Shown here piece after piece: positions 21,333 through 29,659 of a stretch of DNA of 64,000 nt; position 1 is the stretch's first letter, and each line of letters begins with the position of its first letter. Made by a program: the position numbers and the translations under genes. Source of the DNA: Candidatus Omnitrophica bacterium UBA6253 (GTDB lineage: Bacteria > Omnitrophota > Gorgyraeia > Gygaellales > Profunditerraquicolaceae); contig DJVP01000012.1 of assembly GCA_002441245.1 (NCBI GenBank), positions 116,547 to 180,546 of the forward strand, in the 5' to 3' direction. Below the pieces are notes generated by a model. The model made no database searches. It was not told where the DNA came from and saw nothing but the letters and a program-made list of their open reading frames with translations.

Positions 21333-22209
21333 TCAGATTCTCCGTCTGGTAAATTTCTATCTGAGGTCTGCCGGTCAAAACTATTCTCTTGTCCAAAGCA
21401 GTATAGACTGCCTCCTGGCTAAAAGAAGTATTTTCGCCGCGCAATATACGCACATTTCCCTGGGCAATAATCTTATTGACAGAGCTGGACATCACCGCAG
21501 AACTTTGGGCCATCTTGGCCCCTTCCTGTTTTGCAGTAAAATAAACCTGCATTTTATCGCTATAGATGATTAAATCCGGCGTTTCTACTTTAACATTATT
21601 ATTAAATATGGCAATATTTTTTTCATAATCTACTTCCAGGGGGCCGTCGCAGATAATTACGATTTTTTCTTTTTTGGCCTTTTGCTTATTTAAAGGTTCC
21701 ATATCCAAACGCACATTCTTCTCCAATGCCACCTGCTTGAGCGCGGTCTGCCCCTTGGCACCTTCTCCGCTAAGGTTCATATCCGAACGCTGAAGGTTGA
21801 CTCTATCCAGGGTACTGACTATCTGTTGCTTGCGGTCCCAGTCCAGTGAATCAGTAGTCAGTTTTGCACCAGTAGAAGTAGTAATCACTACATTATTTTC
21901 TAAATGTACAACTCCGCTATCTTTATTGAAATTGCCGTTATCGGCTGTAAGATTAATGCTGTCTTTATCCGCGTAATGATTGCCCACCACCTCTTTAAGT
22001 TTTACAACTTCATTAGATATATCCGCTGATTTTCCGGATAGGTCCCAGGATTTTTTCCCTTTCTCGCCGTACCCGGAGAGAGAAAAATCGCCAATCTGCT
22101 GATCAGAATCTTTTGTCTCTTCGTTAGTTTTATTGGCTTCAACCGCCAAAGAACTTCTGGAGAGAAATAAAAACGCCAGGATTAAAAACGCGAGCTTCTT
22201 AAACTCCAT
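21313..22209 (-). CDS. OstA-like LPS transport periplasmic protein (LptA/LptC family)
   Basis: Signal peptide, beta-jellyroll-like repetitive sequence, and position between kdsC and lptB as in the kdsD-kdsC-lptC-lptA-lptB operon. Confidence 0.6.
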   Translation of the reverse strand: MEFKKLAFLILAFLFLSRSSLAVEANKTNEETKDSDQQIGDFSLSGYGEKGKKSWDLSGKSADISNEVVKLKEVVGNHYADKDSINLTADNGNFNKDSGVVHLENNVVITTSTGAKLTTDSLDWDRKQQIVSTLDRVNLQRSDMNLSGEGAKGQTALKQVALEKNVRLDMEPLNKQKAKKEKIVIICDGPLEVDYEKNIAIFNNNVKVETPDLIIYSDKMQVYFTAKQEGAKMAQSSAVMSSSVNKIIAQGNVRILRGENTSFSQEAVYTALDKRIVLTGRPQIEIYQTENLNAAFRN

Positions 22210-22741
22210 AAATTTTCAATATTTTTCCCCATTTACCCTGTGATTTAAGGATCATCTCGGCGATCTCCCTGACAGCCCCGCGTCCGCCCATGCGCTTAGT
22301 TATATAAACTGCGGCCTTTTTAATTTCGCCGGAGGCATTTCCTACCGCTATCGGCAGGCCTATTTTGTGCATAAGCGACAGGTCCACCAGGTCGTCCGCC
22401 ACAAAACAAATTTCATCTGTGGAAACTTTGTATTTCTTTAGAATCATGCCCAAGACCTTAGTCTTAGGAAAAACATCGGCAAAAACTTTAGCCACCCGCA
22501 TATCTTTAGCGCGCGGGAGGATAGTCTTGGAACTTTTAGCGGTAATCAGAATAGTAGGGATCCCGGCTTTGTGTAAAACATAAACCCCTAACCCGTCATG
22601 CACATCAAAAAATTTAAGCTCGCCTCCCCGGGAATCATAGACTATCCTGCCGTCAGTTAATACCCCGTCAACATCCAGAAGGAGCAGTTTGATTTTTCGC
22701 AGGCGAGCATTTAAATCTTTTTTAGCTATTCCTCCAGGCAT
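22199..22741 (-). CDS. kdsC: 3-deoxy-D-manno-octulosonate 8-phosphate phosphatase
   Basis: HAD motif LLLLDVDGVLTDG and small size. Confidence 0.85.
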   Translation of the reverse strand: MPGGIAKKDLNARLRKIKLLLLDVDGVLTDGRIVYDSRGGELKFFDVHDGLGVYVLHKAGIPTILITAKSSKTILPRAKDMRVAKVFADVFPKTKVLGMILKKYKVSTDEICFVADDLVDLSLMHKIGLPIAVGNASGEIKKAAVYITKRMGGRGAVREIAEMILKSQGKWGKILKIYGV

Positions 22742-22743
22742 GA

Positions 22744-23712
22744 TTAAACTAATCCCGCTTTAAGCAGGTCCTGTACATCCAGCAAGCCCACCGGCCGCAT
22801 AAATTTATCCACAACAGGAACTTCATCTATTTTCTTGGCCTGCAATATACGCATTGCCTCTGCAGCCAGCATATCCTTATTTACTACTGTAGGATTCCTA
22901 GTCATTACCTCTTTGATCGCTCGCATCGCCAGATTTTTATCCGTTTCAAGATGGCGGCGCAGGTCTCCATCAGTAAAAATACCTTTTAGCTTACCCTGTT
23001 TATCTACAACTGTAGCTGAACCTGCCCTTGCCCGGGTAATCGCGCATAAGACCTGCGATACCTTCTTGTCTTCATCTACTACGGCATTGGACTGCGCGCG
23101 GCGCATAATATCCTCAACCCTCAAAAGCAGTCTCCTGCCTAAAGCTCCTCCCGGATGGAAAAAAGCAAAATCTTTTTCTTTAAAACCCTTTCTCTCCAAT
23201 AAACACACAGCCAGGGCATCCGCCATTGCAAGAGTCGCGGTGGTTGAAGCCGTAGGAGCCAGGCCCAATGGGCAAGCCTCTTTTTTAACTGAGACATCTA
23301 AAACCACATCGCTGTATTTAGCAAGCACGGATTTTAAGTTCCCAGTAAGCGATATAATCGGAGAACCTATTTTTTTAAGTATAGGCAGAAGCTGTTTCAT
23401 CTCCTCGGTAGAGCCGCTGTTAGAAAGAATAACTATGATATCATCCGCAGTTACTTTACCCAAATCACCGTGAATCGCCTCCGCGGTATGCAGAAATAAA
23501 CTAGGGGTACCGGTAGAAGCAAGGGTCGCGGAAAGTTTTTGCGCGATAATACCGGTCTTGCCCATACCACTGACTACAACCCTGCCCTTATTCTTAAGGA
23601 TTAATTCAACTGCCTTAACAAATCCTTTATCCAGCCGGCTTTTTAACAATTTTACGGCCGCGGCTTCGATATCTAAAACCTCTTTTGCCCGCTTAATAAC
23701 ATTTATCTTCAT
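22744..23712 (-). CDS. kdsD: Arabinose-5-phosphate isomerase (SIS + tandem CBS)
   Basis: SIS motifs (VVVSGMGKTG), C-terminal CBS pair. Confidence 0.85.
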   Translation of the reverse strand: MKINVIKRAKEVLDIEAAAVKLLKSRLDKGFVKAVELILKNKGRVVVSGMGKTGIIAQKLSATLASTGTPSLFLHTAEAIHGDLGKVTADDIIVILSNSGSTEEMKQLLPILKKIGSPIISLTGNLKSVLAKYSDVVLDVSVKKEACPLGLAPTASTTATLAMADALAVCLLERKGFKEKDFAFFHPGGALGRRLLLRVEDIMRRAQSNAVVDEDKKVSQVLCAITRARAGSATVVDKQGKLKGIFTDGDLRRHLETDKNLAMRAIKEVMTRNPTVVNKDMLAAEAMRILQAKKIDEVPVVDKFMRPVGLLDVQDLLKAGLV

Positions 23713-24521
23713 AGTGCACGCTCAATCTTTTTGACTTGTTTTAACAAAATCTCCAATTCTTTAAAATTAATCATATTTGCCCCATCGCAAGGTGCTATCT
23801 TAGGATCAATATGCACCTCTAAAAATAAACCATCGCAGCCAAAAGCTACGGCTGCCCTGGAAAGCCCGGAGACAAATTCACTTTGGCCTCCGGAACAAGC
23901 GCCTTTTCCTCCGGGGAGCTGGACACTGTGCGTGGCGTCATAAATTACCGGATAACCAAACCCGCGCATAATCGCAAGGGCCCGGTAATCCGTAACCAGG
24001 TTATTATAACCAAAACTTGCCCCTCTTTCCGTAAGTAAAATATTTTTATTCCCGGCGGATTCAACTTTCTTGATTATCGGCAAGATATCCCAAGGAGCAA
24101 GGAACTGCCCCTTCTTGATATTCACTGTTTTGCCGGTCTTTGCCGCAGCCAACAGAATATCTGTCTGACGGCAGAGAAAAGCCGGAATCTGAATAATATC
24201 CAAGACCTTGGCTGCCTCAGCCATATCTTTTGCGCAATGCACATCGCTAAGGACAGGAACCTTAAGCTGCTGTTTTACCTTCTTTAAAATAGCCAGCCCC
24301 TTGCTTAATCCCGGGCCGCGGTAAGAATCCACGGAAAGGCGGTTGGCTTTATCAAAGCTGGATTTGAATATAAAGGGCACTTTACATGATGAGGCGATGG
24401 ATTTAATCCGCCTGGCAGCTTCAAGACAAGAGCTTTCCGACTCAATAACACAGGGCCCGGCAATAAGCACGAGCGGAAATTTATCCCCAAATTTTATATT
24501 TCCTACATTAACCTGGCGCAT
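23709..24521 (-). CDS. kdsA: 2-dehydro-3-deoxyphosphooctonate aldolase (Kdo8P synthase)
   Basis: LVLIAGPCVIES N-terminus and DAHP/Kdo8P synthase fold. Confidence 0.9.
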   Translation of the reverse strand: MRQVNVGNIKFGDKFPLVLIAGPCVIESESSCLEAARRIKSIASSCKVPFIFKSSFDKANRLSVDSYRGPGLSKGLAILKKVKQQLKVPVLSDVHCAKDMAEAAKVLDIIQIPAFLCRQTDILLAAAKTGKTVNIKKGQFLAPWDILPIIKKVESAGNKNILLTERGASFGYNNLVTDYRALAIMRGFGYPVIYDATHSVQLPGGKGACSGGQSEFVSGLSRAAVAFGCDGLFLEVHIDPKIAPCDGANMINFKELEILLKQVKKIERAL

Positions 24522-25262
24522 TTAATTTATCCCCTTTTGTAATAAAACCTTGAGCCTCTCTAGATCTTCGGGAGTATCCACGCTTATAGTATCAAATTTA
24601 GTTTCGATCACTTTAATTTTAAACCCCTCGGCTAAAACGCGCAATTGTTCCAATTTCTCCGTCCTCTCAAGATTAGAAACAGGGAGGTTCTTATAAGTAA
24701 AAAGAAAATCTTTTGTATAACCATAAAGGCCGATATGCTTATAATAACTTGCCTCTTTGATTTCGGCGTTAGGCGCTAAGTAGGGAATAGGCGCGCGCGA
24801 AAAATACAAAGCTAGGTTATTCTTCCCCACCACTACCTTTACTACGTGCGGATCAGCAATCTGCTCGGGATCTTCAATCTTTTTCATGATTGTCGCCATA
24901 CTAAGAGAGCTATCTTCTAACAAAGCACGCGCGACGTTATCAATCATCATCGGATGAACTAAAGGTTCGTCACCCTGGATATTGATAACAATCTTCACAT
25001 CCAAAGGATTGACCACCTCGCTAATCCTATCAGTACCACAAGTATGCTCTTTAGAGGTCATTACTGTTTTGGCTCCAAATTCAGTTGCGACCTTCTGGAT
25101 TATTTTATCGTCACAAGCAATAACCAAATCATCGAGTATGCGGCTTGCTTTGGCCCTTTCCCAAACATGCTGCAACATAGGCTTGCCCATAATATCCGCC
25201 AGGACCTTGCCCTTAAACCTGGTAGATAAATACCTGGCAGGTATAACTCCAATTACATCCAT
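24522..25262 (-). CDS. kdsB: 3-deoxy-manno-octulosonate cytidylyltransferase
   Basis: GVIPARYLSTRFKGK N-terminus. Confidence 0.9.
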   Translation of the reverse strand: MDVIGVIPARYLSTRFKGKVLADIMGKPMLQHVWERAKASRILDDLVIACDDKIIQKVATEFGAKTVMTSKEHTCGTDRISEVVNPLDVKIVINIQGDEPLVHPMMIDNVARALLEDSSLSMATIMKKIEDPEQIADPHVVKVVVGKNNLALYFSRAPIPYLAPNAEIKEASYYKHIGLYGYTKDFLFTYKNLPVSNLERTEKLEQLRVLAEGFKIKVIETKFDTISVDTPEDLERLKVLLQKGIN

Positions 25263-26278
25263 TATTTAATCCTTCCTAAAAGTTCTCGGGAATTTGTTAC
25301 CGCTGTCCCCAGCTTGCCTACTACAATACCGGCGGCAAAATTAGCAATATACGCTGCTTCGAGTTTTGAAGCACCTGCGCAAAGAGCCAAGGTAAAACTG
25401 CTGATTACCGTGTCCCCTGCTCCGGATACATCAAAAACCTCCTGGGCTACGGTAGGAATGCGTTTATTCTTGCCTTTTTCAAAAAGCCACATTCCACCCT
25501 CGCCAAGTGTAATTAAAAGGCTCTCTAACTGCAAATACTCCAATATCTTCTCTCCTGCATTCTTAATGTCGTTATCCGTAAACAGAGTTTCCTTGTAAAT
25601 TTTAAACAAGTTTCCCCTATCATTCATTTTAAGATACCTGATGGCGTTCTGGGCTTCTTTTCGATTAGGAGTAATACAAGTGGCATGCTTATAGCAGTCG
25701 AAGTTATTCTCCTTAGGGTCAACAGTTACTATCTTTTTAAAATCTTTAGCGGTTTTAATAATATTCCTAGTCAATTCACGATCAAGCAGCCCTTTTCCAT
25801 AGTCCTCAATAACAATAGCGTCAAAATTCTTTATATTAGTGTCGAGAAATATTGTAAGCTTATCTTTTATAGACTTCGAAATATCATGTACATCTTCCCA
25901 ATCAACCCTTACCACCTGCTGGTGCCCTGCGATAATCCTTGTCTTAAGGGTTGTTTTCCTGCCCTTTTCAAAAAATACCCCCTTAGTATCAATGCCCAGT
26001 TTCTTGGCCTCGGACTGAAACATTTCTGTCGCCGGATCCTTGCTATCGCCCAATATCCCGCACAGACTTACCCTTGCGCCTAAGGCACTGATATTATTGG
26101 CAACATTAGCCGCGCCTCCTGGAACATAATTTCTTCTGTTTGCGTAAACCACGGGAACAGGAGCTTCAGGAGAAATCCTCTCGACATTACCCCAGATATA
26201 CTGGTCAAGAATCAGGTCGCCTACGACCAATACCCTTGCTTTATTAAGTTTCCCGACTACTTTTCTTAAGTTCTTCAT
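25262..26278 (-). CDS. hldE: D-beta-D-heptose 7-phosphate kinase (HldE/RfaE domain I only)
   Basis: PfkB ribokinase fold with VLVVGDLILDQY...PGGAANVA and C-terminal GAGDT motifs. No adenylyltransferase domain fused. Confidence 0.75.
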   Translation of the reverse strand: MKNLRKVVGKLNKARVLVVGDLILDQYIWGNVERISPEAPVPVVYANRRNYVPGGAANVANNISALGARVSLCGILGDSKDPATEMFQSEAKKLGIDTKGVFFEKGRKTTLKTRIIAGHQQVVRVDWEDVHDISKSIKDKLTIFLDTNIKNFDAIVIEDYGKGLLDRELTRNIIKTAKDFKKIVTVDPKENNFDCYKHATCITPNRKEAQNAIRYLKMNDRGNLFKIYKETLFTDNDIKNAGEKILEYLQLESLLITLGEGGMWLFEKGKNKRIPTVAQEVFDVSGAGDTVISSFTLALCAGASKLEAAYIANFAAGIVVGKLGTAVTNSRELLGRIK

Positions 26279-27207
26279 AGCTTTTCAATTACCGCCTGCG
26301 CTAAAAGCGGAAGCATTATTTCATGGTGGCCGATAATATAATACCCCTGCCCGCCTGAATTCGTCGGACGAATCACCACATTCTGCGCCGGACGGTACTG
26401 ATAAATCATATCAAAGTTAGCGGTAGTAAAATCCTTGACCTTATGCCCAAGGTTTCGCGCAAGATTAAGCGCCTTTAAAAATACCTCAGGCAAAAGCACA
26501 GCTGAGCCAAAATTTAAAACTACACCGCCCTGATTCAATAAGCAGATATTTTTAACAAGGGTATGGAAATCACGTAATGAGCCTTCGGCGGTCAACCCGG
26601 CATTGAACGAAGGATGCTGATGTATTATATCCGTACCGATGCCTACAAAAACGCATACCGGTACATTATATTTATGGGCATTATAAAGCAGGCTTAAATT
26701 TTTATTCGGTAATTTCTCATCGGAAATCATTTTACCCACCGCGTTTCCTAAACCTAAGCCCTCGCCCACTCCGTCCTTAACTGCCCGATTAATAAAATCC
26801 GCAGTTTCCTTGCCCATGCCGAAACTGCCATTTTTAAGGTTTTCGGCAACATCCTCGGAGGTCTTGCCCTGGAAAGCAATCTCAAAATCATGAATAATCC
26901 CGGCGCCATTAAGGCAAACACAACTAATTACTTTTTTCTTAATCAGTTCAATTAATATTGGATTAAGCCCGCATTTTATTACATGCGCGCCTGCCATAAA
27001 AATTACCGCTTTTTTCTTCCTGCTGGCCAAGGCTATATGCGAAGAAACCGCGCGTAAATCTTTAACCTTTAAAATATCCGGCAAAGAGCTCAGGAAGCTG
27101 TTAAAACTTTTAAGCTTAGCCGGAGCAAGCGCAAAATCCCCTTTACCTACCTTGCTAAAACGGGTTTTAATTGAGTATCTTTTTACTTTTTTCCAGTTAA
27201 TCGTCAT
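26275..27207 (-). CDS. Deoxyhypusine synthase-like protein (candidate homospermidine synthase-type)
   Basis: By-eye similarity to DHS blocks (NGAGIIHDFEI vs TAGGVEEDLIK, LLNQGGVV vs ILGGGVV, PLL near the C-terminus). Not confirmed. Confidence 0.4.
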   Translation of the reverse strand: MTINWKKVKRYSIKTRFSKVGKGDFALAPAKLKSFNSFLSSLPDILKVKDLRAVSSHIALASRKKKAVIFMAGAHVIKCGLNPILIELIKKKVISCVCLNGAGIIHDFEIAFQGKTSEDVAENLKNGSFGMGKETADFINRAVKDGVGEGLGLGNAVGKMISDEKLPNKNLSLLYNAHKYNVPVCVFVGIGTDIIHQHPSFNAGLTAEGSLRDFHTLVKNICLLNQGGVVLNFGSAVLLPEVFLKALNLARNLGHKVKDFTTANFDMIYQYRPAQNVVIRPTNSGGQGYYIIGHHEIMLPLLAQAVIEKL

Positions 27208-27375
27208 AGGAATCCTTCGCTCAGGACAATAAGCCTTTAGTGATTAGTGCGAAAAGCTTAATGATTTTATCACAATTTAAGGTTAATTCAAACAGAAATA
27301 TTTTAGCTCAAAAGGAATATCGATAGTATCTTTTATATCTAAAACCGGCATCTTTTTGCCCCTAACAACTATATA

Positions 27376-27567
27376 TCATCCTTCTTTGCCACTGCCGCAC
27401 TTATTTAATACCCACATCATAGGACACCATCCGGTAAACGCCGATTGGAATAAGTTTAAACCGACAAACGCAGTAAACCAGAGCCAATTATGATTAACGT
27501 AATGAGCCAAAAAAAGGCTGACCAGAATAAAAAAACCTGCTATGCCGCGTAATAACCTGTCTATCAT
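27376..27567 (-). CDS. Small inner-membrane protein (DUF2892/YgaP-like, GWCP motif)
   Basis: Two TM helices and a GWCPMMW motif. 16 bp downstream of the OMP gene in the same operon. Confidence 0.5.
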   Translation of the reverse strand: MIDRLLRGIAGFFILVSLFLAHYVNHNWLWFTAFVGLNLFQSAFTGWCPMMWVLNKCGSGKEG

Positions 27568-27582
27568 ACACGCCTCCTTTTC

Positions 27583-28869
27583 TTAAAAACTATAGCGCAG
27601 CCGCGCGTAAATATTCTTGTTCTTCCTCATCTGACCGAAATCTGTATAATCTTCCGCCCCCCAGGGAATGTTTAATCCGCTTGTAAACTTCCAGTGGTCG
27701 GTCAAATCATACTCCACAGAAAACCGCAGGTAACCGTCATTATTAGAAGGAGAATAGAAGTTAAACAAAGACACCCTTACCGTCTGGTTTTTAAAAAGTT
27801 TGGTTAGGCGCTGAGTAGTAATATGTTTACATTCATCGTAAACAACATCCTGACTGAGCAGCGAACGTTTATAGGCAGCGTAATCGAGCATCTGCTCATA
27901 ATAATACTGGAAAGCGACTTTCAAATCATTACCCAAATCCTTCTCATATCCAGCCATAAGTCTTACGGAAGAATTCTCGATAAGCCGATTATTGCCTTTA
28001 GGATCCTCGGGCGAATGCAGATAGGCGCCTTCAATATTCCCGATACCCCCCAACAACTCCCCCCTAAGGCTTGAACCGTAAACATCCTGGCGTTCGTAAT
28101 AAAGCTGCCTGGCTGCTTCATTTTTATAGCTACGGGATATATTATCAAATCCCCTGAATAAATAGATTGCCGCTTCGGTGCTGCCGAAATTACGATAGAA
28201 TCGCCCGGCATATTCAAAATTTTTTGCCTGCTGCCCAGGCTCAATCAGGTCCCGGTCAGAATCAGTGCCGGCGATACCCCCCTGAAAACTATCAAAGAAT
28301 GAAAGCCTGTCTCCCTCAGGCATACTGTTAGGCGTAAAATGCGGTATAACAATAAAATCAAAATTAAATAACTCCGGATACAGAGAAATCTTGAGCGCAT
28401 CTGAAGGTTTTTTTAAATATTCATCATCACGTCCTACATAAAAAGACACATAGTCCTTAGGAAAGACATCGTTTATAAACAGATAGTCTCCGGTACCCCA
28501 GGTAAGAACCTGGCGGCCAACTTTTACGTCGATTAATTGAGTAGGCGTAAAAGAAAGGTTTGCCTCACGCAACTCAAAATCTGTTTTCCCGCCGAAATAC
28601 TCGTCAAGCGTAAAGTCGCCCTTAAAACGGAATACCCCTTGAAAACGCGATAATATGTCTTCCCCCTCAAAGTTATACTGATTTTTTAACTGCAGGCGTT
28701 CTTCCGCCATATTGTAATCGCTGTGCTTGGTAGGATCACCCTTGCTGATTACCCCACCAAAAGCACCTTCAGCAAAACCATGCCATCCGGATAAACCAGC
28801 AAAAACTGGCTTCTGCCAGGCAAAAAGTAATAAAATAACCAAGAATATGCCGGATTTCTTGATTACCAT
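27583..28869 (-). CDS. Outer-membrane beta-barrel protein (DUF1302-like?)
   Basis: Signal peptide, alternating amphipathic strands, C-terminal ...RLRYSF aromatic terminus. Translationally coupled to the upstream LolA-like gene. Confidence 0.55.
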   Translation of the reverse strand: MVIKKSGIFLVILLLFAWQKPVFAGLSGWHGFAEGAFGGVISKGDPTKHSDYNMAEERLQLKNQYNFEGEDILSRFQGVFRFKGDFTLDEYFGGKTDFELREANLSFTPTQLIDVKVGRQVLTWGTGDYLFINDVFPKDYVSFYVGRDDEYLKKPSDALKISLYPELFNFDFIVIPHFTPNSMPEGDRLSFFDSFQGGIAGTDSDRDLIEPGQQAKNFEYAGRFYRNFGSTEAAIYLFRGFDNISRSYKNEAARQLYYERQDVYGSSLRGELLGGIGNIEGAYLHSPEDPKGNNRLIENSSVRLMAGYEKDLGNDLKVAFQYYYEQMLDYAAYKRSLLSQDVVYDECKHITTQRLTKLFKNQTVRVSLFNFYSPSNNDGYLRFSVEYDLTDHWKFTSGLNIPWGAEDYTDFGQMRKNKNIYARLRYSF

Positions 28870-28870
28870 A

Positions 28871-29659
28871 CTAACCCTTTATCCACTGCATGGGAGGATT
28901 ACGTAAATACCTCTCAGTAAATATGCTATCATTAATGCCAATGCCATAAGAAATATCCGTAAACTCCGCCGTAGTGGAAGAGCCGGAATTTAAATCCTGA
29001 GCAATCATTTTTACAATGGTAGGATACCCTTGGATCTCTTTTATTTCCGCTGCCTCCACTATACGGTAGAGTTTCCCCTCTTTGTCATAATATTCAGCCT
29101 TTAGCGGGATAAAATTACTCTTATCCACTTGTACTTGATAATAGGAAAATTCGACCTGGTCGGCATCTTTAGGCGTATTCTTGATCATATAACTATCGCC
29201 CTCGCTCGATAAAAGTTCATGGTTATCCAGGTTTACGCTGCGGCCCGAAACATCTTCATATAGAAAATTCGTCCCGGCAAAACTGGAGCGTTTATCAGAA
29301 GAGGCGACACGGCGCACAAGGTCAAGAGCCGGAAGATAAAGCCATCGGTCATCGTCTTTGCTCAGGTGCTTCCAGACAATATAGGCCATGCCCTTAACAT
29401 CGCTGGGCTTATCAAAATAAACGTAATATTTTTGATCTCCGTTATCCGATATATTAAAACGCAATATCGTCATTTGGCGCTCGCGCCTGCGGCCCTGGGA
29501 GTCGGTTATGACCATCTTTGCCTGGGAACGTCCGTCCTTATCCTGATAATACCCCATATGGCTTGCGCGGCCGGCAATATCATCGGCACTCATTTGCGCA
29601 TATACAGAACCGATGCCCATGAGAAATAAAAATAAGAATATTGAGATATTTTTTTTCAC
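28871..29659 (-). CDS. LolA-like periplasmic lipoprotein-sorting-type protein (DUF1329-like)
   Basis: Signal peptide, about 260 aa. Its coupled position after an MMPL/RND exporter matches the known exporter / LolA-like / OM barrel trio. Confidence 0.5.
   Translation of the reverse strand: MKKNISIFLFLFLMGIGSVYAQMSADDIAGRASHMGYYQDKDGRSQAKMVITDSQGRRRERQMTILRFNISDNGDQKYYVYFDKPSDVKGMAYIVWKHLSKDDDRWLYLPALDLVRRVASSDKRSSFAGTNFLYEDVSGRSVNLDNHELLSSEGDSYMIKNTPKDADQVEFSYYQVQVDKSNFIPLKAEYYDKEGKLYRIVEAAEIKEIQGYPTIVKMIAQDLNSGSSTTAEFTDISYGIGINDSIFTERYLRNPPMQWIKG

Noticed and set aside
27208-27375. Possible terminator or small RNA between the DHS-like gene and the exporter operon
   Set aside because: No convincing GC-rich hairpin followed by a T-run on the transcribed strand could be identified by eye.
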